A DNA stretch of 63,806 nucleotides, the filler included, from Octopus bimaculoides (Eukaryota), in the NCBI RefSeq assembly GCF_001194135.2. It is 9 parts of 7 records of this genome, joined end to end, with 100 filler letters (N's around TTAATTAATTAA, not from the genome) between each part and the next. Parts side by side here need not be neighbours in the genome. Positions count along the whole stretch, not along the records: positions 20,541 to 29,358 come from NC_068985.1; positions 29,459 to 31,709 come from NW_026351751.1; positions 31,810 to 47,709 come from NC_068986.1; 6 more parts are not named here. The stretch is one strand, 5' to 3'. How positions within the stretch are numbered: the stretch's first letter is position 1; every line of letters begins with the position of its first letter. Below are positions 25,182-38,265 of the stretch, piece by piece. Made by a program: the position numbers and the translations under genes. The notes beneath the pieces are model-generated. The model worked only from the letters and a program-made list of their open reading frames with translations. It was not told the origin of the DNA and made no database searches.

Positions 25182-25297
25182 CATCATTTTTCCATCTTTA
25201 TCGTGATACATCCTCAGGTAGTCATCCAAAATGTCATAGAAACAGTCTGAGATGAAGTCAACTCTGGCCATATCAAGATTGTTTCTGCCATGGAAAC
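25182..25297 (-). CDS. S-crystallin (sigma-class GST-derived lens protein) internal exon (116 nt, phase 1-0)
   Basis: Minus strand tttctag| (G)[38 protein letters not shown] |gtcagt; near-identical to recalled octopus S-crystallin residues about 77-115. Confidence 0.93.
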
Positions 25298-25946
25298 CTA
25301 GAAAAGAAGATATGTAAAAAAAAAATCAAAATGCTCATGACTGGGTCCTTAATTTCATCGGTACTAACATTCTAAGAGTCAACCTAACAAATATATAGAC
25401 TTTGTTAGTGAAATTTAGCAAACATCAGAACCAGAGAATAGTAAAGTTAATCTTATCGGTATAATAAGGGTAGACTAAGAACAGGCATCACAACCCAGTG
25501 TTAGCGATATGGTGATCTTATATCAAGATAAACAGTGGATGACCTTGCAGGTAGAGCCCAGTTAGAATTTTCTTCAAGTCGAATAGCCCATCCCGCTCAA
25601 AAGGTCCCTGAATAAGGATTGTTTAAGAATGTTGAACAAAACATCCATGTTTCCAGAGGTGAATTATCCAAACCCCAAAGAATTCCTCTCAATACATGGC
25701 TATGATGCTCCTCCACTACTTCTGCTCGTGATCAGAGATGCACATGTCCTCAGTCACTAAGGGACATGCTCAACTGGTTAAGGTCAAACAACTGACAAGT
25801 AAATCTGTGGTATTAAGCAGAATATTTGCTGTAGCCCATCTTTTATACCAAGACAAAACAATGTACATGATAACGCTTCCACTCATTTAAGATCAGAAGT
25901 CATGAGAGCCACTGCCTGATACTGCATCAGGGCATTTATTATTATT

Positions 25947-25949
<3 letters not shown>

Positions 25950-25984
<35 letters not shown>

Positions 25985-26520
25985 AGTAGTATTAACACTC
26001 ACAGCTTATATTACTGGGTATGATGGAAAGTGTTATCCAGCAGACTAAGTTGACACTTGTTTTACTGGTCATGCTTCAAGAACCCTGCGAAGAATTCTTA
26101 CAGTTCCAAGCAATGCTGATTTTTGTAGGTGTCCTACCTTCACACTTGCACCGACATTTTTCAACTATGCTGGTAGCTGTGTGCTGATACTTCCAAGTGC
26201 ACCAATTACTATTGGTGTCACGTCTTCTCTCTTCATTGACCACAACCTTCGTATTCCCACTTTAAATCGTAGCAGTTGTTTATTTTCTTCTTCCTCTTTC
26301 ACATTGATCCCGTTGTCACCGGGGGTATGCTATGTCGATACATTGATCCTGTTGTCACCGGGGGTATGCTATGTCGATTATCAAACATGTTCTTTGTTTT
26401 TACTCACCACAGCAATGTCCGGTTTCCAATGTTTGGTCAGGTGATTGCACTGGATCATTGCATCCTACAGGATTTTGCAATTCTCATTCCCGTGAATCCT
26501 TCTGAGGTTTGTTGATACCA
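25950..26520 (-). mobile_element. R4/Dong-like non-LTR retrotransposon 3' end (restriction-like endonuclease domain), 5'-truncated
   Basis: Minus strand: ENCKIL*DAMIQCNHLTKHWKPDIAVV..IIDIAYP..VIGALGSI..LQKSALLGTVRILRRVLEA* (stop at 26069-26071), followed by an (AAC/AAT)n tail. Confidence 0.8.
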
Positions 26521-26558
26521 CGTTATTACTATTATGATTATGATTATTATTATTATTA

Positions 26559-27103
26559 GTCAAGACGAAGAGTGCGATTTTAGATGTTTTATTTCGACAG
26601 AACGTCTGTCTTTCTCAAGTTCAAACCAAAAGGTGATTGAAAATTCAAAATTTCAGAAATGCAATTTTGAAGAAGATTTGAAAGTGCACATTCTCAAAAA
26701 ATATCCTGAATGTACCCCACTTTCACTTCTCAGAATATATGATGAGAAATATGTTTGCGGGTTATTGACATCACGCGCTGGAGGAATGAATAAGATGACA
26801 GGAGAATATCATCAAATTTATACAAAACTTTTTGATTGAATATTCTTCTTTCTCTCTTTTTCTTTTCTTTTTCCGTCGTCTTCCTTTTTCTTTCTTTCTT
26901 TCTGCTTATTAAAAAACTGACAAAAGCTGATGATGTCATTCTATCAACGTATGGACGCTGGTTACTCACGTTCATAGTTTACGTTTGGTTTCTGAAATTT
27001 TGAATTTTCAATCACCTTTTGGTTTGAACTTGAGAAAGACAGACGTTCTGTCGAAATATTGTTAAAAAAATAAAACATCTAAAATCGCACTCTTCGTCTT
27101 GAC
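26559..27103. mobile_element. 545-bp MITE with about 100-bp terminal inverted repeats, TA-flanked
   Basis: Left arm gtcaagacgaagagtgcgattttagatg...tttcagaaa is the reverse complement of 26991-27103, apart from a deletion of about 15 nt. TA lies on both sides. Confidence 0.88.
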
Positions 27104-27214
27104 TATTTACCTTCGTGAAGAGTTACGTCAATCCTTTTTTTAAAAGATTATTATTATTATAATTATTATTATTATTATTATTATTACTATTATTATCATT
27201 ATTATTATTATTAC

Positions 27215-27390
27215 ACACGAATACCGGTTATCAAGCGGTGATGAGGGGGTGACAAATACAATTATAAAGACACTGTCTACCAAATCTATTGACAAGGTTA
27301 TAGTAGAAGACACTTGCCTAAGGTGACACGCAGTGGAACTGAAACCAGATCCAGTCCAAGTGCTCGAGAAGCATCCTTCTGACCACGTAG
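27215..27390 (-). mobile_element. SINE family A, diverged minus copy
   Basis: ctgtctaccaaatc...tatagtagaagacacttgcctaaggtg...gcagtggaactgaa. Confidence 0.6.
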
Positions 27391-27857
27391 ACACTCCTCT
27401 GATAATATATGTATGCGTGTGTGCGAACGTGTCCGTGTGTGCGCACGTGTGCGTGTGTATTATATATATTATGCATATTCGCGTATACATGTGTATCAGT
27501 TTGCGTGTGTGCGCGCGCGTTTATGTGTGTATGTGTGCGTTCGTTTGTGCGTGTGTTTGTATGTGTGTTTATATGTGTGTCTGTAGATGTATGAGTGTAT
27601 TTATAGAGCTCATTTATGTAAATGTTTATTTTCATGGGGAGATTATATATAATCTATATTATTCTTAAACCTTGTATACTTATTCTCATTTCTTATCCAC
27701 TGTTGATCAAATATGAACTCCCTAAAGGTTTGTATTAGATGATTGATTACAGATATCTAATAATTCATCCACATATAGTCTCTGTTCATTGTATCAATCA
27801 TATTTTATCCAATTTATCTTCATTCTCAACCATCCGAACTGTTGTTTATATTTCCCC

Positions 27858-27917
<60 letters not shown>

Positions 27918-27918
27918 C

Positions 27919-27987
<69 letters not shown>

Positions 27988-27988
27988 C

Positions 27989-28022
<34 letters not shown>

Positions 28023-28040
28023 TTATCTATCTATCTATCA
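27858..28040. repeat. (TCTA)n tetranucleotide microsatellite, representative of dozens of (CA)n, (TA)n, (TATG)n, (ATT)n and (GA)n arrays in the window
   Basis: Read directly; a similar (TCTA)n array lies at 60962-61042. Confidence 0.95.
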
Positions 28041-28440
28041 CTTATAGTTATCTGCACGTATATATATAATGCATTTATATATNNNNNNNNNNNNNNNNNN
28101 NNNNNNNNNNNNNNNNNNNNNNNNNNNNNNNNNNNNNNNNNNNNNNNNNNNNNNNNNNNNNNNNNNNNNNNNNNNNNNNNNNNNNNNNNNNNNNNNNNNN
28201 NNNNNNNNNNNNNNNNNNNNNNNNNNNNNNNNNNNNNNNNNNNNNNNNNNNNNNNNNNNNNNNNNNNNNNNNNNNNNNNNNNNNNNNNNNNNNNNNNNNN
28301 NNNNNNNNNNNNNNNNNNNNNNNNNNNNNNNNNNNNNNNNNNNNNNNNNNNNNNNNNNNNNNNNNNNNNNNNNNNNNNNNNNNNNNNNNNNNNNNNNNNN
28401 NNNNNNNNNNNNNNNNNNNNNNNNNNNNNNNNNNNNNNNN

Positions 28441-28491
<51 letters not shown>

Positions 28492-29261
28492 TCATTAGAT
28501 ATAGATATATGATTAGATATAGATATATAACACACACACACACACACACGCACATACAAACATGCACAAACACAAACATAAGCACACACATTTACATTTT
28601 CATTCACGTATCTATATGAATATATATTTTGAACATTAGTGAATTTTCTCCAAATAACCAATGAGATTCTCATATCTGGGTTGTGCGTGCATAAACACTA
28701 TAACTAGTTAGACTCAGAATACACCCGTGCGGCCTATGTTTTCTGCCAATCTATATCAATCACCTCTGAAATTGATGAAGACATATCTGCACCAAATACT
28801 TCCTATAGGGAGTTACCAAAACTCTTCGTTAAATCTACAAGACACGTCAGCTATTTAATTACAACGTAGCCCGCAAATGTACACTATAATTATGTATGAG
28901 GTATATCTGCTACAGTTGGTGTGTTTTTCCATTTATGGTCTTGGGTGTTAAATCTTCAAACCAGCATATTACAATATGTCTGCACGTTCACCGGCCATAG
29001 TTGCTTTTGTTATATGTTTTATGTTTTTTTTACATTTAAAAGAATTTTTTTTTACCTGTTTCAGTCATCAGACAGCGACCATGCTGGGGTACGGCCTGGA
29101 AGGGTTTAGTTCATATCAGTACTTTTGTTTTCCCGTTTTTGTTAAGTCTGTCATTTATTGTATCTGACAATTTACCGAACCGCTATGTCACGTGGACGAA
29201 AAGAAACCAATACCAGTTGTCAAAAGGTGAAGGACGTCGTAAAGAAACACACAAATACACA

Positions 29262-29296
<35 letters not shown>

Positions 29297-31854
29297 ACAC
29301 CCACACACACACACACACACACACGTGTATGTATATATGTAGTGAAGGCGCAATGGCCNNNNNNNNNNNNNNNNNNNNNNNNNNNNNNNNNNNNNNNNNN
29401 NNTTAATTAATTAANNNNNNNNNNNNNNNNNNNNNNNNNNNNNNNNNNNNNNNNNNNNTATATATACACACACTCACACACATATACACATGCACACATA
29501 AAGTTACATGCACATGCACGTTCAAATAGCGTCTATCTATGTATTTATGTACGCATGTACATATTCTGACGTATACTTAGATGAACATAGACACACATAC
29601 AACCATACACGCTCACACACGCACGTATATACACACACACATGAATATCACATGTAAGAAGATAGAAAAATCAATAGAATTATTGAAAATATTGTTTCAA
29701 TCACATCAAATTGAAATTATCGATCTTTGGAAATAACATTTAAGAATAAAAAAAAAACATTATTATTTTCTATTTATTTTTATTTCTTATTTTTGTAAAA
29801 TTAATTTTGAAAGTTATTTTTTTTATATTTATCAAAGTAACATAACAAACACAAGGTAAATTCGATGTTACGGGTGGATGGGGGAAGAACTGGAATGATT
29901 GGAGGGCAGGTAGTCGCAAGAGGTGGGGGGTGTAATAATGGTGGTAAGTGTAATTGATGGTGGTGGTGTGAGTACAAGGAAATAGATAAGGGGGTGTTGA
30001 GAGAGGTGGTGGGAGATTGGTTAAGTAGGGTGTGAGTAATAGGGGAGTAGTCAAACTGAGTTTGAGGGGGGCGTGGTGCAGTAGTGATTGCGGTGGTGGC
30101 AACGTTAAAGGCGGCCACCGTCTCCGTTGCAAAAACTACCATCCCCACCTCATTACGTCTATCACTAACACCGCTACTAGGCCATCAGTTGCAGCCGCTC
30201 CACCGTCGACACGAGCATTGCTATTGCTGCCACTAACGTTAGCACCATCGCTATTAGCGCCGATACTGTAGTTAGAACCATTGTAATTAATATTGCTACT
30301 ACTACAAGTATCATCACCATCACCACCACCACCACCACCACCACCATGATTACCACTATTACAACTACATCAGCATCGTCACCAATATTACCGCCATAAC
30401 AACCACGCCGCCACCAACACAATAACTATCANNNNNNNNNNNNNNNNNNNNNNNNNNNNNNNNNNNNNNNNNNNNNNNNNNNNNNNNNNNNNNNNNNNNN
30501 NNNNNNNNNNNNNNNNNNNNNNNNNNNNNNNNNNNNNNNNNNNNNNNNNNNNNNNNNNNNNNNNNNNNNNNNNNNNNNNNNNNNNNNNNNNNNNNNNNNN
30601 NNNNNNNNNNNNNNNNNNNNNNNNNNNNNNNNNNNNNNNNNNNNNNNNNNNNNNNNNNNNNNNNNNNNNNNNNNNNNNNNNNNNNNNNNNNNNNNNNNNN
30701 NNNNNNNNNNNNNNNNNNNNNNNNNNNNNNNNNNNNNNNNNNNNNNNNNNNNNNNNNNNNNNNNNNNNNNNNNNNNNNNNNNNNNNNNNNNNNNNNNNNN
30801 NNNNNNNNNNNNNNNNNNNNNNNNNNNNNNNNNNNNNNNNNNNNNNNNNNNNNNNNNNNNNNNNNNNNNNNNNNNNNNNNNNNNNNNNNNNNNNNNNNNN
30901 NNNNNNNNNNNNNNNNNNNNNNNNNNNNNNNNNNNNNNNNNNNNNNNNNNNNNNNNNNNNNNNNNNNNNNNNNNNNNNNNNNNNNNNNNNNNNNNNNNNN
31001 NNNNNNNNNNNNNNNNNNNNNNNNNNNNNNNNNNNNNNNNNNNNNNNNNNNNNNNNNNNNNNNNNNNNNNNNNNNNNNNNNNNNNNNNNNNNNNNNNNNN
31101 NNNNNNNNNNNNNNNNNNNNNNNNNNNNNNNNNNNNNNNNNNNNNNNNNNNNNNNNNNNNNNNNNNNNNNNNNNNNNNNNNATATCCAGAGTGCAAAAGG
31201 ACAACGCTGTCAGATTTACGTTTTTTTTTTTTTTTAAACCGGGTGGATATAGCGACAATTAATTACAGAAAATTCGGTCTATACTATTAACCGACCCTAC
31301 TTTTACGTTCCCGGTTTATATATTTGGTTGTTATGGTGACTGTCCTTGTTATTTAGCCTCCTGCTCTGTCCTCATCTTGAGAACCTAGGATCGAAGACGT
31401 TCCAGCCATGACGTGACAGCTCCGTGTCGAAAATATGTGTCGAAAATGAGTTACAAAGCACAAACAAACAGAAAACCGGCGCAAAAGGTCACCAAACCCT
31501 CATCAGTTATCAGCACCACCGGAGAGAAAAAAATATTATCGTTGAAGGCACGAAATTGCGTTTGTCCCTCTGACGGATAACTGATGAGGACTTGGTGAAC
31601 TTCTGTGCTTGTTTACCATTTGCTTGTGTATTTCTTATAAGTCTTTTTAACTTTTAATTTATACACATACATGCGTGAGCGTGTGTTGTGTGTGTGTGTG
31701 TGGGGGGGGNNNNNNNNNNNNNNNNNNNNNNNNNNNNNNNNNNNNNNNNNNNNTTAATTAATTAANNNNNNNNNNNNNNNNNNNNNNNNNNNNNNNNNNN
31801 NNNNNNNNNCACAGACACAAAAACACACACACACACGAACTTATATATATACAT

Positions 31855-31995
31855 ATATACGACGGGCTTCTTTCAGTTTCCATCTACCAAATCCCCTCAC
31901 AAGGCTTTGGTCGGCCCGAGGCTATAGTAGAAGACACTTGCCCAAGGTGCCACGCAGTGGGACTGAACTCGGAACTATGTGGTTCGTAAGCAAGC
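31855..31995 (-). mobile_element. SINE family A head, minus copy
   Basis: gacgggcttctttcagtttcc...gacacttgcccaaggtgccacgcagtgggactgaac. Confidence 0.8.
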
Positions 31996-33390
31996 TACTT
32001 ATCACACAGCCAATATACATACATATATATATATATATATATACACGTGTATATATATATATATATATATGTATGAGGGTGTGTATGTCCGTTGGCATTA
32101 ACACTCTCGTTGTAATAATTCTGGTCCTAATCGTAGCCTTCGCCATATCAATGCTTCATTTCAATTTGCGAATATATGTCTGAGTCTAAAATAATTTCAT
32201 TTCCTTTGCAAATTGGATATTCTCCATTAAGAGCCGTGTTGATATCCGTTTCAATAAATTCGATCAGGTTGTTTAAAACGTCATTGCATAATCATATATA
32301 TATATATGTGTGTATGTGTGTGTGTGTATATGTATTCGATAAATGTTCACCAAAGTAGACAATTACAAGAGCCAGACAGATAGACAATCCTATATATTTT
32401 ATAGACATTTAGATGTTCTATTTATTTACAGATGTAATGCAATATTGTAATATTATATGGTTCAAATCTTAACCAAATATAAGCCATTCCGTATTCCACT
32501 TCTAAAAATTATTCATCAGGAAGAGAACAGTAAAGAACACCAACATGGCAAAATGTGTAGCGATACCAGTTACACACCTTTACGTTCTGAGTTCGAATTC
32601 AAGAATAGAACGATTTTATCTTTTACGTTATCGGTCAAACAAAAATAAATCTGCTTGAAGCTCTTTTCTAGAGGGTGTTGTCTTCTTCCAATGGCTGGAA
32701 GAAAAGGTTAAAGATAATAATATATAAAGCCGTTCACTCTCTCTTACACACATAAACAGGAAGAGGTACCCAGCGTTGCCCTAATATGATGAAATAATTT
32801 TTTGTTAAGCCTAAATGATTTAACTTGTTGCAAGTTTTTATGTAGCGCCTTTTGTATGTAATTATATTGGCCTATATCGTTTACATTGTAATACAGATTT
32901 TGTTCAAGGCTCAATTTTACCTGTGTAAAGTTTTGAAACTATATTTATTGGCAATTTAAATTTCGTGAATTTAGAAATAGTAGGTTTATGCATATGTGGT
33001 GCTCCCTGGATGGCTGTTGATATAAGGCGCAGTAACCATGTCCTCTGGGACTGGATATTTGAATTTGAAATCAAGGAGCTTGAAAAGGATACAAAAGAGT
33101 TCACAGATATAAATATATGTACACATATACCTCTGGTTAAGTCGTTTCAACTTATGTCATTTCCGAAGATACGTCGGTCTTTCTAAAATAATAAATAAAT
33201 ATTAAATACAGTATTAATTTACGTCGTCTGGCAAAACAGCAATAACGTTCACACTATACTGTACTGTTAGTTCCAGGTTGTATCGATTGGTTACGTTCGT
33301 GTTTGTCTCCAGGAAATAAATAAAAAAAGCAATAGAAACATAATCTGTATAGCATATTAAAATTAATGTTAAAATACAGTATGCATCATT

Positions 33391-33700
33391 GACCCCGAGC
33401 CTCGCCGTTTTACGTTGAAGAAAATGCAAGAGGCTTTTTCTCATTTAGATAAATGTCTTGCTTTATGAGGAAATAAATCCCAATATTCAACGTTTTGTAA
33501 AAATATTGGGGGGTTGTCAAGATACTATTGCACTTTATTACCTGATCCTTGAAGAGAAGAAAGAAAAGACAATTCAAGGAACTTTTGACAAGTTTGCACA
33601 GCGATCTACACCATCACAACAGGAGTCAGCTGACGATCCCCAACCATCGACATCTAGCCATCGACGTCAGCCATCAGACAGGCAACAGTACAGTATTTGA
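33391..33700 (+). mobile_element. Tigger/pogo transposase C-terminal fragment
   Basis: PEPRRFTLKKMQEAFSHLDKCLA/YEEINPNIQRFVKILGGCQDTIALYYLILEEKKEKTIQGTFDKF...DDPQPSTSS matches the Tigger1 C-terminus (PKRFT..EAQDPNVERY..IYDEKK..TQTSLDRF); one frameshift. Confidence 0.8.
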
Positions 33701-34898
33701 AATTATTTCTTTCTAATAAAGAAGCTTAGGCTTGCCTAACAATTTACCGAATTCGTAGGTCTACATAAAAACAACTTAGGCTAGCCTTGGTCTTAATTAT
33801 TATATGTATATACATTTAAATAATGGTTATTTCGACTTAAGTCGTGTCCTCTGGAACCAATTAACGACATAGGGTGAGGTATGATTGTGTAATTAATTTA
33901 TTTTTATTATCTTTGGCGAAGTTCTTACATTGTGCTATTTCATCCTTTTTTAGAACCTTCAACATGATTTTACCTGTAAATTTGTTAGATATATTATGAA
34001 GAGAGCTGTTGCAGTAATGTTAAATATGAAGTCAATTATAGACTGGAGAAAGTTCGTGGCGTCATTATTTTCTCTATAGAATCTCCAAAGTCTTCATTGT
34101 ACAGAGTAACAACAGTTTCCAGGGGCTATATGTTTTCTTTTAATTTTAAACTGAAATGTAACGGATAAAAGAGAAGCAATTCTCATGAAAATATGTCTTA
34201 TTCAGGAAGTGCTTTGTTAGCCAATGTCTCCTGTATTTTGATGCTTTGATGAAATGATGTTTAGGTCTACCTTCAAGCATTCATTATAGATCCATGAAAG
34301 AAACGTGGGTTTGTCAGTTCAATTCTAGGAACTCCTGAGTTATTTACCATGTAACTTAAATGCAGATTGTAGGTGAGTTAGGGAGAGTTAACATTAGCGG
34401 ACTAAACAGAATTAAGGAATTCTGTTGAATAGGTGACAGCTGATTACAATCCACCCCATATGGGTGATAGCTAATGGCGGAATTAAGCTGTGCATTCGTA
34501 AATTCTTCTTGTCTTCGTCGTGGTTGTTGTTGTTGTGGTTGTTGCTGTTGTGGCTGTTTGGTTGTTGTTGTTGTTGTTGTTCTTCTTCTTTCTGTCTATC
34601 TGTCTATCTGTCTGCCTGCCTGGCTTATTTTCTTTTTTCTTTCGTTTCTTTCTCGTCCATTTCCTATTCATTCTTTCTTTTTCTTTTTTTAATCTTCGTG
34701 CTCTCTTTTGTTCTTTTACTTTTTCACACACACACACACACACACACACGCACAGCTCAGATGGTGCGGTGTGACTAGTACATGAAATGAGAAAAGAAAG
34801 AATCTCAAAGTCTATAACATTTGAAACAGAAGCAGTTGAAACACTTCTAGTAAATCCTCTCATACTCTTTTCTGTTTGTGTCTTTACCTCTATCGCGT

Positions 34899-34929
<31 letters not shown>

Positions 34930-35379
34930 ATTTCAATCCGAATGCTAAACCTTTATCACTAACCGATCTATCCTCTCATACTTCTTCAGCTATGGTGTTT
35001 ATCTAAGATCGCTGGTTTGTTAGTCTTCAAATATTTCTTACTGTCCCACGAGAGTGTATATACGTGTGTGCATGCAGGCATGCTTGTGCATTTGTGTGTG
35101 TGTGTGTGTGTGGGGGGGGGTCTGAATGTGTGTGAGAAACAGAAAGAATGTGCAGTGTGCCTCAAGTGAAAACGATATTGGTTACCAATGCACAAAAAAT
35201 CTTCATAGAAACGTACGCATATATACACAGACAGACAGGCAGACAGATAAACATACATACAGACAGATAAATTCGTATATTCTCGGAGACAAATATACAA
35301 ACTCAGTAATTCTGTTGGACAAACACATTTGTTCCTTCAGATAGAACTGACTGACATACATGCATAGGCATTCATTCAA

Positions 35380-35461
35380 AGAAACTAGTTCTTTCATTTA
35401 TTCACTAAAAAAAAACTAGTTCTTTCATTTATTCACTCAAAAAAACTAGTTCTTTCATTTA
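35380..35461. repeat. About 35-bp tandem repeat x3
   Basis: aaactagttctttcatttattcact repeated. Confidence 0.8.
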
Positions 35462-36684
35462 CAGGCACAGACCCATTTATATAGACACAGCGACTCATTC
35501 ATCACAGCAGCCATAGAAACTCATTCATCCATGCAGGCACAGAAACTTATTCATCGAAACAGATAAACTCTTTCATTGAGGCAAAAAAAATCAATTCGAC
35601 CAGTCAACATATACTCATTCACGCAGACACACAAACTCATTCCTCCAATCAGTAAAAGCACACGAATTCATTACTCCAGGCAGGCCCACAAACTCATTCA
35701 CCCAGATAGCTACACACTCTCATTCACTTGCACTGACAGACAAATTCGTTCAATCAAAGAAACTTTCATTTAGTGAGTCAGACAAACTGAATCGTTATTT
35801 TATTCATTCAGGGAAATTCATATCTTTATTCAAACGGTGAGTAACAGAGTAAGATTGTTAGACAGTCACACAGTCAAGCAGTCAGACAGACCGGCAGATA
35901 GTCAGACAAATGGTCAAGACTGGTGGACCACCAAACTTACTGATGAACAAATTTTATGCAAGCCACTTCAACTGCTCCAACGTTCTGTCAGCTACTTTCA
36001 TCAGGACACATATTAACAGCCTGTTTCATTAAACACACGTCTATGCTCAAGTTTTATCATTTCTATGTTTGATTTTTCACATTTTTTATCAGTTTTCTAC
36101 AGTTTTGTTTTGAAACAGTGAAATTCTTAAATCTATATTCGAAGTTTCCGAACCTTCACAGTCTCATTTTCAAGAAATGGATAAATTCGGCATCTGTGTT
36201 GTATCTTATATATAATAATTGAATTCATGTAGACTTGCCCGACAAAGACTTTTTGAGCGTTAGTATAATATATGAGATGTTGCGCGTGTTGATTTGCTTG
36301 TAGTTGTTAAATTTTGACCGTTATGTTGCTTGTTGTCAGTAGCCACGTGTGTTTGAGGATTAATTTTGACATTGTTTTTAACAGCAACAAACAAATCAAC
36401 ACGTGACTACTGATACATTATGTTGCGGTAAACAAGATTTGGTGGGTAAAGTCTACATGAATTCAATCAATATCCAAGAAATAATACAAATGACACCAAA
36501 TATATTCAGCTTTTGAAAATAAGACTGTGGAAGTCTAGTAAAGTCGCATGTGGCTTTAAGATCCCTATTGCTCCAAAACAACAGTAAAAAGCTTCTAAGA
36601 AAATAAACAAAATCTGAAATAGGAAGGATAAAAGCTGTATTTGATGAAGCATGCATAAAAGAAACGCTGCTTCTAATATATATT

Positions 36685-36810
36685 GGTTTCATATTTTGGC
36701 ACAAGGCCAACAGTTTCGAGGGGCGGGGTAAGCCGATTGCATCGACTCCAGTGTTTAACTAGTACCTATTTTATCAACCACAAAAAGATGGAAGACAGAG
36801 TCACTTTGGT
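36685..36810 (-). mobile_element. SINE family B 3' part, minus, truncating the Tx1-like ORF1
   Basis: ttttggcacaaggcc...tacctattttatcaacc is the reverse complement of family B. Confidence 0.65.
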
Positions 36811-36811
36811 C

Positions 36812-38265
36812 TTGGGGGCAGTTCTTTTTTTATATGGCCAGATTCCAGGCACAGGTGACACTTGTCAGGCCGACTCTCAAGAATCACGGGTACCTGCACC
36901 CAGCCATAGTCAAAAAGTCCTGAAAGACTAAATTATTTGCTGATTGGGTTCACAGGGTCAAAACCACTTGTGAACTGACCCAATCAGCCACTGGTAACAG
37001 TTTTATGCTGAGGAGCTTGGCGCTGCTGCTACCCAGACCCCGGCGGATAGTGTCCTCTATCCAACCTGGTTCTATATTGGGTGGCAGCCCGCAGATCCAA
37101 GCCCTCGTCAATTTCCTCCCACAATACGTGGGAAGAAATAAAATGTTATTGCCCTCCAGGGGCTGGCTCGCAAAAATACGAGCCTCCTCCTCGGTGTCAA
37201 AGAGCAACCAAATCGTTGCATATCCGACACCCCGGGCAATAAACTTCACAGTTGCCAGATAGTCTGCTAACTCCTTTTCAATTTCCTGCTTGGAGAAGAC
37301 GACAATGGCGTCGAAAACTTTCGAGTATGTTCTCAACACCACCGTCTTCTCCTCTTGCTGTTTAAGCCACTCTTTGGGTGGCATAATCTCCCACTCCAAA
37401 GCAGTGCTTTTCTTGTTGTTCTTGTTGTTCGTCATGTTAGAAAAAACCCCCCACAAAAAGACAGTTTACAAAGATAGTTAAAAAAAGTCTTTGAAGTAAA
37501 CAGATGAAGAGAAAACAGTTCAGGAAAAACAAAACAAAAAGACACAAACTGGAACTTGGTAGCAACAGCAAAACCAGGTACTCCGAAGCAGGAACTACAG
37601 CAAATCAGGTACTCCAAGGCAGGAATTTCAGCAAACCAGGTACAGAAGCAATATTTTGGTGGTGAGATACGCCCAACAAAACAAACCAAAAAAATTTTAA
37701 CTCACTAAAAAGTGAGTACAACTAGACTCACCACAGGCAGAAAAAAATGTCTAGAGTTCAGCAGGGATTTATTAAAAATAAAGTCCCCACCGAACTCAAA
37801 AAACAAAACGTCCTACTCGTAGCGAGTCTCTCTTATTCACGCAGTTTAAAGCTACTTTACAACTGTAAATTGGTAACAACATCAAAACCAGGCACTCCGA
37901 AGCAGGAACTACAGCAAACCAGGTACTTCAAGGCAAGAATTATAGCACAGGAATAATATTTTGGTTGCGAGAAACACCCACCAAAACACACAAACTTTTT
38001 GTTAGCGAGATACGCCCACCAAAAAAGAAAAAAAAAATTTAACTCACTAAAAAGTGAGTACAACTAAACTCACCAAAAATGTTTAGAGTTCAACAGGTAT
38101 CTATTAAAAATAACACAACAATAAATCTCCACTGAACTCAAAAGAACAAAAAGACTTACCTGCTGCCAGTCTCTTTTATTTCTTTTATTCACGCAGCTCA
38201 AAGCGATGTGACACTCAGAGTAGCAGCAGCCGACAACTGACGGCGCATGCGTCGAGAGTAAGACA
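36812..38265 (-). mobile_element. Tx1/L1-clade LINE 5' end: duplicated 5' UTR plus decayed ORF1 (RRM-like region and CCHC knuckle)
   Basis: ORF 37456-36950 (PTYCGRKLTRAWICGLPPNI) continues past a stop and a frameshift into VPVILESRPDKCHLCLESGHIKK(N)CP at 36818-36860, a CX2CX4HX4C knuckle. The element is cut off by a SINE. Confidence 0.65.

Noticed and set aside
27333-28673. CVCV, HTHT, YIYI and LSIY ORFs here and throughout, plus all X-containing ORFs
   Set aside because: They are translations of microsatellites and N gaps.
29060-29105. Apparent + strand exon (ttcag|TCATCAGACAGCGACCATGCTGGGG...)
   Set aside because: The sequence matches the reverse-complement end of SINE family A (gccatgctgg.gcaccgcc), not a gene.
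31576-31610. CTGATGAG as a hammerhead core
   Set aside because: It is followed by GAAC rather than GAAA with no valid helix II/III, and is explained by the inverted repeat.
32965-33186. 73-aa ORF GAPWMAVDIRRSNHVLWDWIFEF
   Set aside because: I could not assign it to any family; possibly a transposon remnant near the Tigger fragment.
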